Shown in pieces: positions 7,807 through 16,134 of a DNA stretch of 64,000 bases (within the stretch, counting starts at the first letter, position 1; every line of letters starts with the position of its first letter). Source of the DNA: an uncultured Planctomycetota bacterium (GTDB lineage Bacteria; Planctomycetota; UBA1135; UBA2386); assembly GCA_963823025.1 (NCBI GenBank), contig CAWGKH010000004.1, positions 9,253 through 73,252 of the forward strand, read 5' to 3'. The notes beneath the pieces are model-generated. The model ran no database searches. It was not told the DNA's origin and worked only from the letters and a program-made list of their open reading frames with translations. The translations under genes and the position numbers were made by a program.

Positions 7807-9255
7807 TCAGCCGCAGCGCGGCCCGTGGCCGTTGCCGTTCCGCGCGGAGGTGGCGATCGCCGGGATCCGCGCGCCGCCGTTCGGCCCGCCGTGAAGCGGG
7901 TCGGGGTAGCGGAAGGTCTTGCCTTCGTAGTTGCGCAGCACGACGTCGTCGCCGTCGCGACCGACCAGGTAGCTCGGCAAGAGCGGGATCTTGCCGCCGC
8001 CGCCGGGCGCGTCGATCACGAACTGCGGCACCGCATAGCCGGTGGTGTGGCCGCGCAGACCCTCGATGATCTCGAGGCCCTTCTCGACCGGCGTCCGGAA
8101 GTGCGCGGAGCCCGGGATCGGATCGCACTGGTAGATGTAGTACGGCCGCACGCGGATCCTCAGGAGCTTGTGCATCAGCTCCTTCATCGTGTCGACGTCG
8201 TCGTTGACGCCCTTCAGGAGGACGGTCTGGCTGCCGAGCGGGATGCCGGCGTCGGCGAGCCGTTCGCACGCCTGCGCGACCTCTGGGGTGACCTCGTTCG
8301 GGTGCGTGAAGTGCACGCTGAGCCAGAACGGGTGGTAGCGCTTGAGCATCGCGCACAACGCGGGCGTGATGCGTTGCGGCAGCACGGCCGGGACCTTGGT
8401 GCCGATGCGGATGAATTCGACGTGCGGGATCGCGCGCAGCCGCGACAGCAGCCACTCGATGCGATCGTCCGCCATCGTCAGCGGGTCGCCGCCCGAGATC
8501 AGCACGTCGCGAATCGCCGGTGTCCTCGCGATGTAGTCGATCGCGCGCTCGTACTGCGCCTGGTTGAAGTGGTACTCGCCGGTCTTGCCGACGAGCCGCG
8601 AGCGTGTGCAGTAGCGGCAGTAGACCGCGCAGAAGCTCGTGACGAGGAACAGCACGCGGTCGGGATAGCGGTGGACGAGCCCCGGCACCGGCATGTCGTG
8701 GTCCTCGCCGAGCGGGTCCGCCAGCTCGCCGGGAGACTCGAGGTCTTCGCTGCCGACGGGGACCATCGTCCGGCGCAGGCCGTCGCTCGGATCGTCGGAT
8801 GCGAACAGCGACGCGTAGTAGGGCGTGATGCCGACGGGCAGACGGTCGCCGAGCGACGCGACCATCGCGCGCTCGTCGTCGGTCAGCCGGACGATGCGCT
8901 CGAGGGCCGGCAGCTCGCGCACGCGATGGCGGAGCTGCCACTTCCAGTCGTGCCACTCGGCGTCGCTGGCCAGCGGGAAGTGCCGTTCGCGGAACGCGCG
9001 CGTGGGTTCGCCGACGACGAACGCGTCGTCCTCGGCGCGGGCCAGCAACGCGGGGTGTGCGACGTGCAGCGGCGCGGGGGTCGCCCGCCACGGGCCTCGC
9101 AGGACGAGATCGCCGCGCAGCGTCGAAGGCACAGCGACCTCGGGTTCTCCCGGATCCGGGGGTTCGTCGCTCGTCGTCTCCGCTTCGGCCGACGAGGACG
9201 GGGTGTCCGAACGGACGTGCGATGCCAGGGCATCGCAGCGATGAGCAGGTGTCAT
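7807..9255 (-). CDS. kamA: Lysine 2,3-aminomutase (KamA-family radical SAM / PLP enzyme)
   Basis: WHDWKWQLRHR, TPYYASL, radical-SAM cluster motif SFCAVYCRYCTRS, ISGGDPL, YIYQCD, FRTPVEKGLEIIEGLRGHTTGY and DAPGGGGKIP (PLP lysine). About 85 aa of unmatched N-terminal extension, so the true start may be further downstream. Confidence 0.9.
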   Translation of the reverse strand: MTPAHRCDALASHVRSDTPSSSAEAETTSDEPPDPGEPEVAVPSTLRGDLVLRGPWRATPAPLHVAHPALLARAEDDAFVVGEPTRAFRERHFPLASDAEWHDWKWQLRHRVRELPALERIVRLTDDERAMVASLGDRLPVGITPYYASLFASDDPSDGLRRTMVPVGSEDLESPGELADPLGEDHDMPVPGLVHRYPDRVLFLVTSFCAVYCRYCTRSRLVGKTGEYHFNQAQYERAIDYIARTPAIRDVLISGGDPLTMADDRIEWLLSRLRAIPHVEFIRIGTKVPAVLPQRITPALCAMLKRYHPFWLSVHFTHPNEVTPEVAQACERLADAGIPLGSQTVLLKGVNDDVDTMKELMHKLLRIRVRPYYIYQCDPIPGSAHFRTPVEKGLEIIEGLRGHTTGYAVPQFVIDAPGGGGKIPLLPSYLVGRDGDDVVLRNYEGKTFRYPDPLHGGPNGGARIPAIATSARNGNGHGPRCG

Positions 9256-9494
9256 CAGTGCTCTGGGTCGAGCGATTGCCTCGGCGATCTACGGCCGCGG
9301 GGACCTGACAGGTCCCGTTCCTTCCGCGGAGGAGCACCGAAGCGGCCGCGGACCATAGATCCGCTGTCGGTCACTGCAAGGGGGTGACCGCGCCGCGCGT
9401 CGGATTTTTTCCGACCGTGCCCCGGCCCGTGGCGGTCACCGCAACGCGCGCCGCCGGCCGCTCGCGCCCGGGCGAGCTTCGGGATGAAACGCGA

Positions 9495-9527
9495 GCGGCC
9501 GCGCCCGGCAGATCCGGGCGCGGCCGC
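9495..9527 (-). terminator. GC-rich hairpin, candidate intrinsic terminator after the 9583-11157 gene
   Basis: Perfect 14-bp stem gcggccgcgcccgg / ccgggcgcggccgc with a 5-nt loop, ~55 nt downstream of the stop. On the minus-strand RNA it is followed by UCGCGUUUCAU, a weak U tract. Confidence 0.4.
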
Positions 9528-9582
9528 GGGTATGGGAATCGCTCGCCCGACCGGGGCCGGCCGGGCGACGCTCACCCTTCGA

Positions 9583-11157
9583 TCAGTTGACGTCGAGCTT
9601 CCAGTCGATGCCGTTCGTGGCGGAGATCCCGAGCGGGTTGACGCCGGGGGCCACGACGAGCGACTGGAGGTAGACGTGGACGCCGGCGAGCGACGGGTCC
9701 ATCGGCACCGGGATGCTGCTGCTCGCCGTCGCGCCCAATGTCGCGAAGCCGAACTGCGCGTTGAAGCCGGCGTTGAGCGTGCAACCGGGCATGCCGATGA
9801 TCGAGAGGTCGATCGGGGGCATGACCGGCGCCACGCCGAGGGCCAGCACGCCACCGAGCGCGGTGGCCGGGATGTTCTGGGTCTCGACGCTGCCGCTGGT
9901 GCCGATCACCGGCCGTGCGCCCGGAGCGAGCGCGAGAGCCGCATAGCCGTCGGACAGGGCCGTGGCCATGAGCGTCGAGAGGTCGCTCGAACCCGGGTCG
10001 GACGCGTTGCCGCCCTGGCTGTAACCGACGATCGAGTCGAGGCTCGAGCACGCGCCGTACTTGACCTCGATGTTGCCGGACTGGCTGAACGTGACCTGGA
10101 AGGTGTTGGAGCCGGTATTGGTGTACTCGGGCACGCCGGTGAAGGTCACGTGGAACAGCGACGGGTTGCCCGCATCCTGTTCGGCGTTGATCGTGCCGCC
10201 GCCGGCCGCGCTCGGATTGAGGTCGTCCCACAGCGGGCAGACCCGCGGCGGGCTCGACAGCAGCTCGGTCACGCTCTCGGTGAACGACGCGCCGCTCCAC
10301 ATTTCGAGGCTGATGAACCCGTTCGAGCAGACCCAGACGCTCGAGGTCATGCCGTTGGCGTACGGCATCGCCCACGGCAGGGCGATCTGCTGCGTGTCGT
10401 CGTCACCGAACGTGATCGCGGCGCCGGTCGGCGCGACGATCGGGCTCGCGCCCTGCACGAAGGCGTACGCGCCCGGGCCGCGGTTGAGCGTGAAGCCGCT
10501 GTTCGACAGGTCGAATGCGTTGGTGGTGCCGTCGAACAGCTCGTAGAGCGAGGGTTTCGGGGTTGCGCCGCAGCCGCTGCCGTACGGCGTGGCCGACGCG
10601 TAGTTCGCACCCGGCTGGTAGTAGATCGTGCCGTTCCACACCCGGGGGTCGTAGAGACCGGTGAACAGGCCGGTGGTCGAGGAGCCCAGCGCCAGCGACA
10701 GGTCGGCGTTCGAGTAGCTCTGGTTCGTGCCGTTGCCGTTGGTGTAGTTCATCCCGACGCCGTTGAACAGGATCGCGATCCCGTAGGTGCCCGGGGTCAA
10801 CACGATCGGCGTGTTCAGCACGGCGTTGGTCGGCAAGCCGGTGCCGGCGGCCGAGAACGACGCGCTGCTGGACACCAGCGTCCAGGCGCCGGCGTTGTTC
10901 TGGTTGCCGACGTAGGTGCCGCCCGCGGCGGTGATGTAGACGTCGATCGTGCCGCCGGTGCCGGCGGCGCTCGAGAGGTTCAGGTCGAAGCTGGTGATGG
11001 TGACCGCGATGTTCGGCGTGATGTCGAACATGTTCATCCAGCCGGCGCTGCCGCCGTTGCCACCGGCGAACAAGGTCGTGATCGACGATTGCGCCGGAGC
11101 GACGGCCGCCAGCGCGGCGAGGATGGAGAGGGAGCGGAGGACGTGGGTGGTCTTCAT
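9583..11157 (-). CDS. Secreted protein of unknown function, tandem paralog A (524 aa)
   Basis: Start MKTTHVLRSLSILAALAAVAPAQS (signal peptide). The central VCSNGFISL ... PLWDDLNP ... NTFQVTF region resembles a NIDO-like pattern. C-terminal module GMPGCTL ... IPVPMDPSLAG ... LQS ... ATNGIDWKLDVN. About 60% identical by eye to the next gene. Confidence 0.75.
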   Translation of the reverse strand: MKTTHVLRSLSILAALAAVAPAQSSITTLFAGGNGGSAGWMNMFDITPNIAVTITSFDLNLSSAAGTGGTIDVYITAAGGTYVGNQNNAGAWTLVSSSASFSAAGTGLPTNAVLNTPIVLTPGTYGIAILFNGVGMNYTNGNGTNQSYSNADLSLALGSSTTGLFTGLYDPRVWNGTIYYQPGANYASATPYGSGCGATPKPSLYELFDGTTNAFDLSNSGFTLNRGPGAYAFVQGASPIVAPTGAAITFGDDDTQQIALPWAMPYANGMTSSVWVCSNGFISLEMWSGASFTESVTELLSSPPRVCPLWDDLNPSAAGGGTINAEQDAGNPSLFHVTFTGVPEYTNTGSNTFQVTFSQSGNIEVKYGACSSLDSIVGYSQGGNASDPGSSDLSTLMATALSDGYAALALAPGARPVIGTSGSVETQNIPATALGGVLALGVAPVMPPIDLSIIGMPGCTLNAGFNAQFGFATLGATASSSIPVPMDPSLAGVHVYLQSLVVAPGVNPLGISATNGIDWKLDVN

Positions 11158-11347
11158 CGGATCTCGCGAGTAGGGGGAGAGGGAGGAGCGGGGCCGGAGA
11201 CACTCCGGAGCTGCCCGGGCACAAATGCCGGTGGGGAGACGGATGCCGTCGAGGAGGTGTTCCGTGGGGCCGGTCGGTCGCCGGGATTTTTCGGGCGGAG
11301 AGACGCCGAGAGACCGCGCGAATACGGCGCCCCGGATCACCGCGCGC

Positions 11348-12922
11348 TCACTGCACGTCGAGGCGCCAGTCGAGGCCGTTGGTCGCCGCGATGCCGAACG
11401 AGTTGACGCCCGGCGCCACGACGAACGACTGCAGGTAGAGGTGCGCGCCCGCGAGTCCGGGGGTGGACGGGAGTGGCAGGCTCTGCGGCGCCGTGGAGCC
11501 GCTGATCGGGAGCCCGAGCTGCGCATCGAAGCCGACGAGCAGCGAGCAGCGGGTCATGCCGAGGAAGGAGAGATCGACCGGCGGCGTGACCTGGGCGAGA
11601 CCATAGGCCACGACGCCGCCGAGGCTGCCGGTGGGGATGTTCCGCGTCTCGATCGTCGCGGTCTGGCCGAGCACGGGCCGGGCGACCGAGGCGAGCATGA
11701 GGTTCGGGCGATCGTCGCCGATCGGCACGGCGGTGATCGCCGAGATGTCGGTGGCCCCCGGGTCGAGGGCGCCGCCGCCCCGGCTGTAGCCGACCATGCA
11801 GTCGCCGACGCTGCAGCTCCCGTACTGGACTTCGATCTGGCCGGACTGCGCGAACGTGACCTGGAACGTGTTGGCGCCGACGGCCGGATACTCAGGCACC
11901 CCCGTCCACGTGACGTGGAACAGCGCGGGGTTCGTCGGATCCTGCTCGGCGTTGACGGTGCCGCCGCCGGTCGTGCCCGGATTGAGGTCGTCCCACATCG
12001 GGCAGACGCGCGGCAGACCCGAGGTCAGCAACGAGACCGATTCGGTGAGGTCGGTGGCGGCCGTCGACTCCAAGGACACGAACCCGTTGGAGCAGACCCA
12101 GATGTTCGCGGTGACGCCGTTCTGGTAGGGCATCTGCCACGGCAGGGCGATCGGCAGGGTCTGGTCGTCGGCGATCGTCAGTGGCGCGCCGGTGGGTGTG
12201 ACGATCGGTGTCGCGCCGGGAGTCACCACGTAGTTGCTGCCGGCGGCCAGCATCGTGAACCCGCTGTTCGAGAGATCGAACGCGTTGGTGCCGCCGAACA
12301 CCTCGTAGAAGCTCGAGGGGAAGCCGCCGCCACAGCCGGTCCCGAACGGCGTCGCCGACGCGTAGTTGGCGCCGACGAAGTAGTAGACGGTGCCGTTCCA
12401 GACGCGTGGCGTGTTGATCGTGCCGCCGAAGCCCGCCGTCGTCGAGCAACCGAACTGCATCGACAGGTCGGCGTTGGACACGGTCTGGTTGCTGCCGTTG
12501 CCGTTCGTGTAGCTCATCGACACGCCGTTGTAGAGGATCGCCACCCCGTAGGTTCCCGGAGCGACGACGATCGGTGTGTTCAAGGTCGCGTGCGTCGGTG
12601 AGTTCGCGGCGGACGCCGTGAACGTCGCGCTGCTCGACACCTGCATCCAGGGCGTGGCGGTGAGCTCGTTGCCGAGATAGGTGCCGCCGGGTGCCGTCAT
12701 GTAGACGTCGACGGTCCCGGTGGCGCCGGCGCCGCTGGAGATGTTGAGGTCGAGCGCGGTGATCGAGATCCCGTTGTTGGCCGTGAGGTCGAACATGTTC
12801 GTCCAACCGGCCGAGCCGCCGTTGCCGCCGGAGAACAAGGTGGTGATCGTCGATTGCGCGGGGGCGAGGGCGGCGAGCGCGCCGAGAGCGACGAGGGAGC
12901 GCAGAAGATGGGTGGGAGTCAT
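11348..12922 (-). CDS. Secreted protein of unknown function, tandem paralog B (524 aa)
   Basis: MTPTHLLRSLVALGALAALAPAQS signal. Same length and domain order as 9583-11157. C-terminal GMTRCSL ... LPLPSTPGLAG ... LQS ... ATNGLDWRLDVQ. Confidence 0.75.
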   Translation of the reverse strand: MTPTHLLRSLVALGALAALAPAQSTITTLFSGGNGGSAGWTNMFDLTANNGISITALDLNISSGAGATGTVDVYMTAPGGTYLGNELTATPWMQVSSSATFTASAANSPTHATLNTPIVVAPGTYGVAILYNGVSMSYTNGNGSNQTVSNADLSMQFGCSTTAGFGGTINTPRVWNGTVYYFVGANYASATPFGTGCGGGFPSSFYEVFGGTNAFDLSNSGFTMLAAGSNYVVTPGATPIVTPTGAPLTIADDQTLPIALPWQMPYQNGVTANIWVCSNGFVSLESTAATDLTESVSLLTSGLPRVCPMWDDLNPGTTGGGTVNAEQDPTNPALFHVTWTGVPEYPAVGANTFQVTFAQSGQIEVQYGSCSVGDCMVGYSRGGGALDPGATDISAITAVPIGDDRPNLMLASVARPVLGQTATIETRNIPTGSLGGVVAYGLAQVTPPVDLSFLGMTRCSLLVGFDAQLGLPISGSTAPQSLPLPSTPGLAGAHLYLQSFVVAPGVNSFGIAATNGLDWRLDVQ

Positions 12923-13078
12923 GAGGGCCGGGAGAAACGGGAGAGAGGAGCCGAGCGACCGGGAAGGATACCCGCGTATCCCGCGCGCGACAGCGGTGGA
13001 TGAACGCGTTGGGCGAACCCCGCCGCTCGTTTCTGGCTCGCCGAAAGCGGGCGCCCGGCCGTGCCGCCGGACCCGCGG

Positions 13079-13942
13079 TCAGCGACCCTGCACGATCGCC
13101 CACACGCGCTCGAACTCGCCCCGCCGGAGCACCGCCTCCTGCATCCAGACGAACCACCGGCCACGCGCGCCGAACGCGGTCCTGGCCGCGTCGTCGGTGT
13201 CGAGCTGCAGCAGCAGCCGCCAATCCGGCGCGCCGAGCGCGAGGCCGGCGGCGCGCGGATCGGCGTAGGCGTCCGGGCGGCCGCAGCGGATGCCGTGGGT
13301 CACGAGCTGGCAGTCGAGCTGCATGTCACCGGCGAGGGGTGACGGATGGCCGAGGAGCCGGTGCTGCGGCAGACCGTCCGCGGCCGCGGCGCGGTCGCGC
13401 GCTGCGAAGAACTCCGCGTAGGCGGCGAGCTCGGCCTCGTCCGGCTCGAGCGCATCGACGACCGCGGAGTCGGGTGGCGGCAGCGTGATCTCCGGGACCG
13501 TCGTGACCGCACACGCGCGGAGCGCATCGACGCCCGCCGGGGATCGGCGGGTCACGGTGCCGGCGCGTCGCGGCTCGAGTCGGACCACGGCGCTGCCGCG
13601 ATCGCCCGGATCGGTGCCGCGCGGGCACCGGTCGAGGTCGAAGAAGAACTGCAGCAGACCTTCGGCCGGGAGCTCGCGGGCCGCGGGCTGCCGGTGGACC
13701 GATGCGAGGTCGATCTGGGCGAGGAACGCGAGCGGCCGGCCGTCGCGTTCGGGCCAGACCGCGTCGGGGCGGAGATCGGGCGCGCCGCCGATGCGGGTCG
13801 CACGCGCGCGCAGGGTCGCGCCGTCCGCGGGGACGGTCAGGAGTCGGATCGCCGGGCGGGCGGCGGCAGCCAGCGGCGCGGCGAGCCGGTCGAGGCCGGC
13901 CGCGGCGAGCTCGGCCTTGAGGTCTTGGGGCATGGCAGACAC
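13079..13942 (-). CDS. DUF1963 (YwqG-like) domain protein
   Basis: 287 aa; IGGAPDL ... FLAQIDLA ... LLQFFFD ... HRLLGHP ... LLLQLDTDD ... RGRWFVWM, the YwqG-family pattern. Confidence 0.65.
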   Translation of the reverse strand: MSAMPQDLKAELAAAGLDRLAAPLAAAARPAIRLLTVPADGATLRARATRIGGAPDLRPDAVWPERDGRPLAFLAQIDLASVHRQPAARELPAEGLLQFFFDLDRCPRGTDPGDRGSAVVRLEPRRAGTVTRRSPAGVDALRACAVTTVPEITLPPPDSAVVDALEPDEAELAAYAEFFAARDRAAAADGLPQHRLLGHPSPLAGDMQLDCQLVTHGIRCGRPDAYADPRAAGLALGAPDWRLLLQLDTDDAARTAFGARGRWFVWMQEAVLRRGEFERVWAIVQGR

Positions 13943-13966
13943 GTTCGGAGGTCGGGGCGGAGCATG

Positions 13967-14374
13967 CTACTCGCCGTGGCGCAGCGCCTTGCGGATCACG
14001 AGCTTCAATCCCGACCAGGTGTCGTCGACCGCGCAGACCTTGACGTCGACGAGACCCAGCGGGAGGGCGACGGCCCGGACGGTGTCCTCGGTGACGTCGG
14101 TCGCCATCTTCGACGACCGCTTCGGCCAGGACACCCAGATCGCACCGTTCGATCGGATCCGGCCGGCGAAGTCCGGGAGACGTCGTTCGAGCTCGCGCCG
14201 CGATTGCGTGAAGAAGTGGATCACGTCGAGGTGCTTCGTGACGCGGCGGCGAATCCGCACGTCGCGGATCGCCAACAGGTCCTCGTAGTCGTCCGGCGCG
14301 TTGCACACGGCGATGCGCAGCCCCGGCCCGAATCCGAGCTTCTTCGCGAGAGGGGTTCCGGAGTAGCCGGCCAC
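13967..14374 (-). CDS. DUF3052 domain protein
   Basis: GTG start at 14374 gives VAGYSGTPLAKKLGF ... HLDVIHFFT ... IWVSWPK ... VDVKVCAVDDTWSGLKL, the DUF3052-like pattern. Confidence 0.65.
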   Translation of the reverse strand: MAGYSGTPLAKKLGFGPGLRIAVCNAPDDYEDLLAIRDVRIRRRVTKHLDVIHFFTQSRRELERRLPDFAGRIRSNGAIWVSWPKRSSKMATDVTEDTVRAVALPLGLVDVKVCAVDDTWSGLKLVIRKALRHGE

Positions 14375-14451
14375 GTGAATCTCCGAGCGGCGTTCTGGCT
14401 GGACGCGATCGTTCCCCAGCGATCGCAGTCTAGCCAGTTCGGCGCGAGCGT

Positions 14452-16134
14452 TCAGTCCCTTGGCAACGCCGGTTCGACGTTGCGCAGCCCGTTCAGGATC
14501 GCCCACGTCACGAACGGCAGCGCGACGATCCCCGCCCAGAGCGCCGGTGGCCAGAGCCGGAGCAGCGCCTGCACGCCCGCGCACGCGAAGTTGACGAACA
14601 TCAGGCCGAAGAGTGCGCCCGTCTGGCTCCCGCCGGCTGCCTTGACCGGCTTCTGGGTGAACGGCACCTCCCGCCCGAACACGAGCGCGGCGAGCGCCGT
14701 CATCGCGAGGATCGCCTCGGCGGCGAACAGCGCGTCCGGCAAGAGGGTCGGCCCCGCGCTCACGACGAGTACCAGCGTCGCCAACAGGACGATCGGCACG
14801 AAGAAGGCGACCATCAGTCCCGTGAATCCGCCGAGGAGGAAGGTCCCGGCCCGTCTCGTCGGCGCCGTGCGGAACAGCCAGCGTGCTTCGTGATCGTCGC
14901 TGAAGCGCGACGCCATGACGACCATCGGCGTGTACAGACCCAGGTAGTACATCGCGGCCCAGGCCCAGCTCGGATCGAGCCCGCGGTGACTCGACCAGAT
15001 CAGGCTCCCGCCGAGCACGAACGACAACGCGATCGCGGGATACGTGCGCATCCGGAATTCGCGCTCCCGGCGCGACAGCGCCACGACGAAGTCGTAGCCC
15101 GCGCGCGCTCGCGGATCGCGCAGCAGGAGATCGCGCACCGGTCGGCGTCCGAGCCTCGGTCGCACGGCGGAGCGCGCGCCGGTCGCCATCGCCGACAGCC
15201 TGGCGAGGAATCCGCCCGCCGCGAACCGGAACAGCACGAGCGACGCGGCCACCGGCACGCCGACCGCGAGTGCCGCGAGCCACGGCGTCAGTCGATCGAT
15301 GTCGCCCAACGTCCACGAGATCAGCCCGGCCGCGTGGAACGGCGGCAGCGCGAGCAGCCAGACGGGTCGCCCCGAAGTGATGGCCTCGAAATCCGCCGTG
15401 GAGATCACGCGCGGAGCGATCTGGAAGCCACCGACGATGATCACCATCGCCACGGTCTGCACCCAGATCATGACGTCGCGGAACCGTTCGACGTCGAGCA
15501 CGCGCAGGAGCAGCAGGAACAGGCCGAACGCCAGAGCCGCGCAGGTCACGGTGGCGAGCACGCAGCCGAGGATCCACATCGGCAGGAACGGCACGATGCC
15601 GAAGCGGACCGATCCGACGATCGCGGGCACGAAGCCGAGGCACGCGACCGACGAACCGATGTAGACGACGGCTCGGAACACGCGTGCGGCGACCACCGCC
15701 CGATCGTCGACCGGCGTCGCCGCGAGCAGCTCGACGTCCGCCGTGTCGAGGAGGCCCGGCAGGTAATCCGCGATCAGCGAGAGCGTGACCACCACCATCG
15801 CGAACGAGAGCGCGAGGGCGATGCCCCACAGCGGGTCGTCCGACTGGCCCAGCGCGAATCCGGCGAACGCACCGAACAGGAAGTACAAGAGGAACGTGAA
15901 GGCGTTGGCGACGGTGGAGGCGGCTTGTCGCGCGCCGGTCCGCGAGTCGCGGCCGCGTCGGTTGGCGAGCACGAACTCGAGCAACAGGAGCTGGCGGAAC
16001 GTGGGTTGATCGATGCCGAGCGCGGTGAGCGGATGCCGGCACAGCCGTGCGAGCGCGAGCGCGACCGCTCCGCTGAAACCGGGCTCGAACGGCCGCTCGT
16101 GGCCCCTCGGAGTGCGGCGGACCGGTCGAGTCAC
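14452..16134 (-). CDS. Polytopic membrane protein, putative permease partner of the upstream ABC ATPase
   Basis: 560 aa with many hydrophobic helices. The GTG start overlaps the ATPase stop (GTGA at 16131-16134), implying translational coupling. Confidence 0.65.
   Translation of the reverse strand: MTRPVRRTPRGHERPFEPGFSGAVALALARLCRHPLTALGIDQPTFRQLLLLEFVLANRRGRDSRTGARQAASTVANAFTFLLYFLFGAFAGFALGQSDDPLWGIALALSFAMVVVTLSLIADYLPGLLDTADVELLAATPVDDRAVVAARVFRAVVYIGSSVACLGFVPAIVGSVRFGIVPFLPMWILGCVLATVTCAALAFGLFLLLLRVLDVERFRDVMIWVQTVAMVIIVGGFQIAPRVISTADFEAITSGRPVWLLALPPFHAAGLISWTLGDIDRLTPWLAALAVGVPVAASLVLFRFAAGGFLARLSAMATGARSAVRPRLGRRPVRDLLLRDPRARAGYDFVVALSRREREFRMRTYPAIALSFVLGGSLIWSSHRGLDPSWAWAAMYYLGLYTPMVVMASRFSDDHEARWLFRTAPTRRAGTFLLGGFTGLMVAFFVPIVLLATLVLVVSAGPTLLPDALFAAEAILAMTALAALVFGREVPFTQKPVKAAGGSQTGALFGLMFVNFACAGVQALLRLWPPALWAGIVALPFVTWAILNGLRNVEPALPRD

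Noticed and set aside
9256-9582. Possible lysine riboswitch (L-box) in the kamA leader
   Set aside because: I could not find the conserved L-box helices or core motifs by eye. Only short palindromes are present. A covariance-model scan would be needed to exclude it formally.
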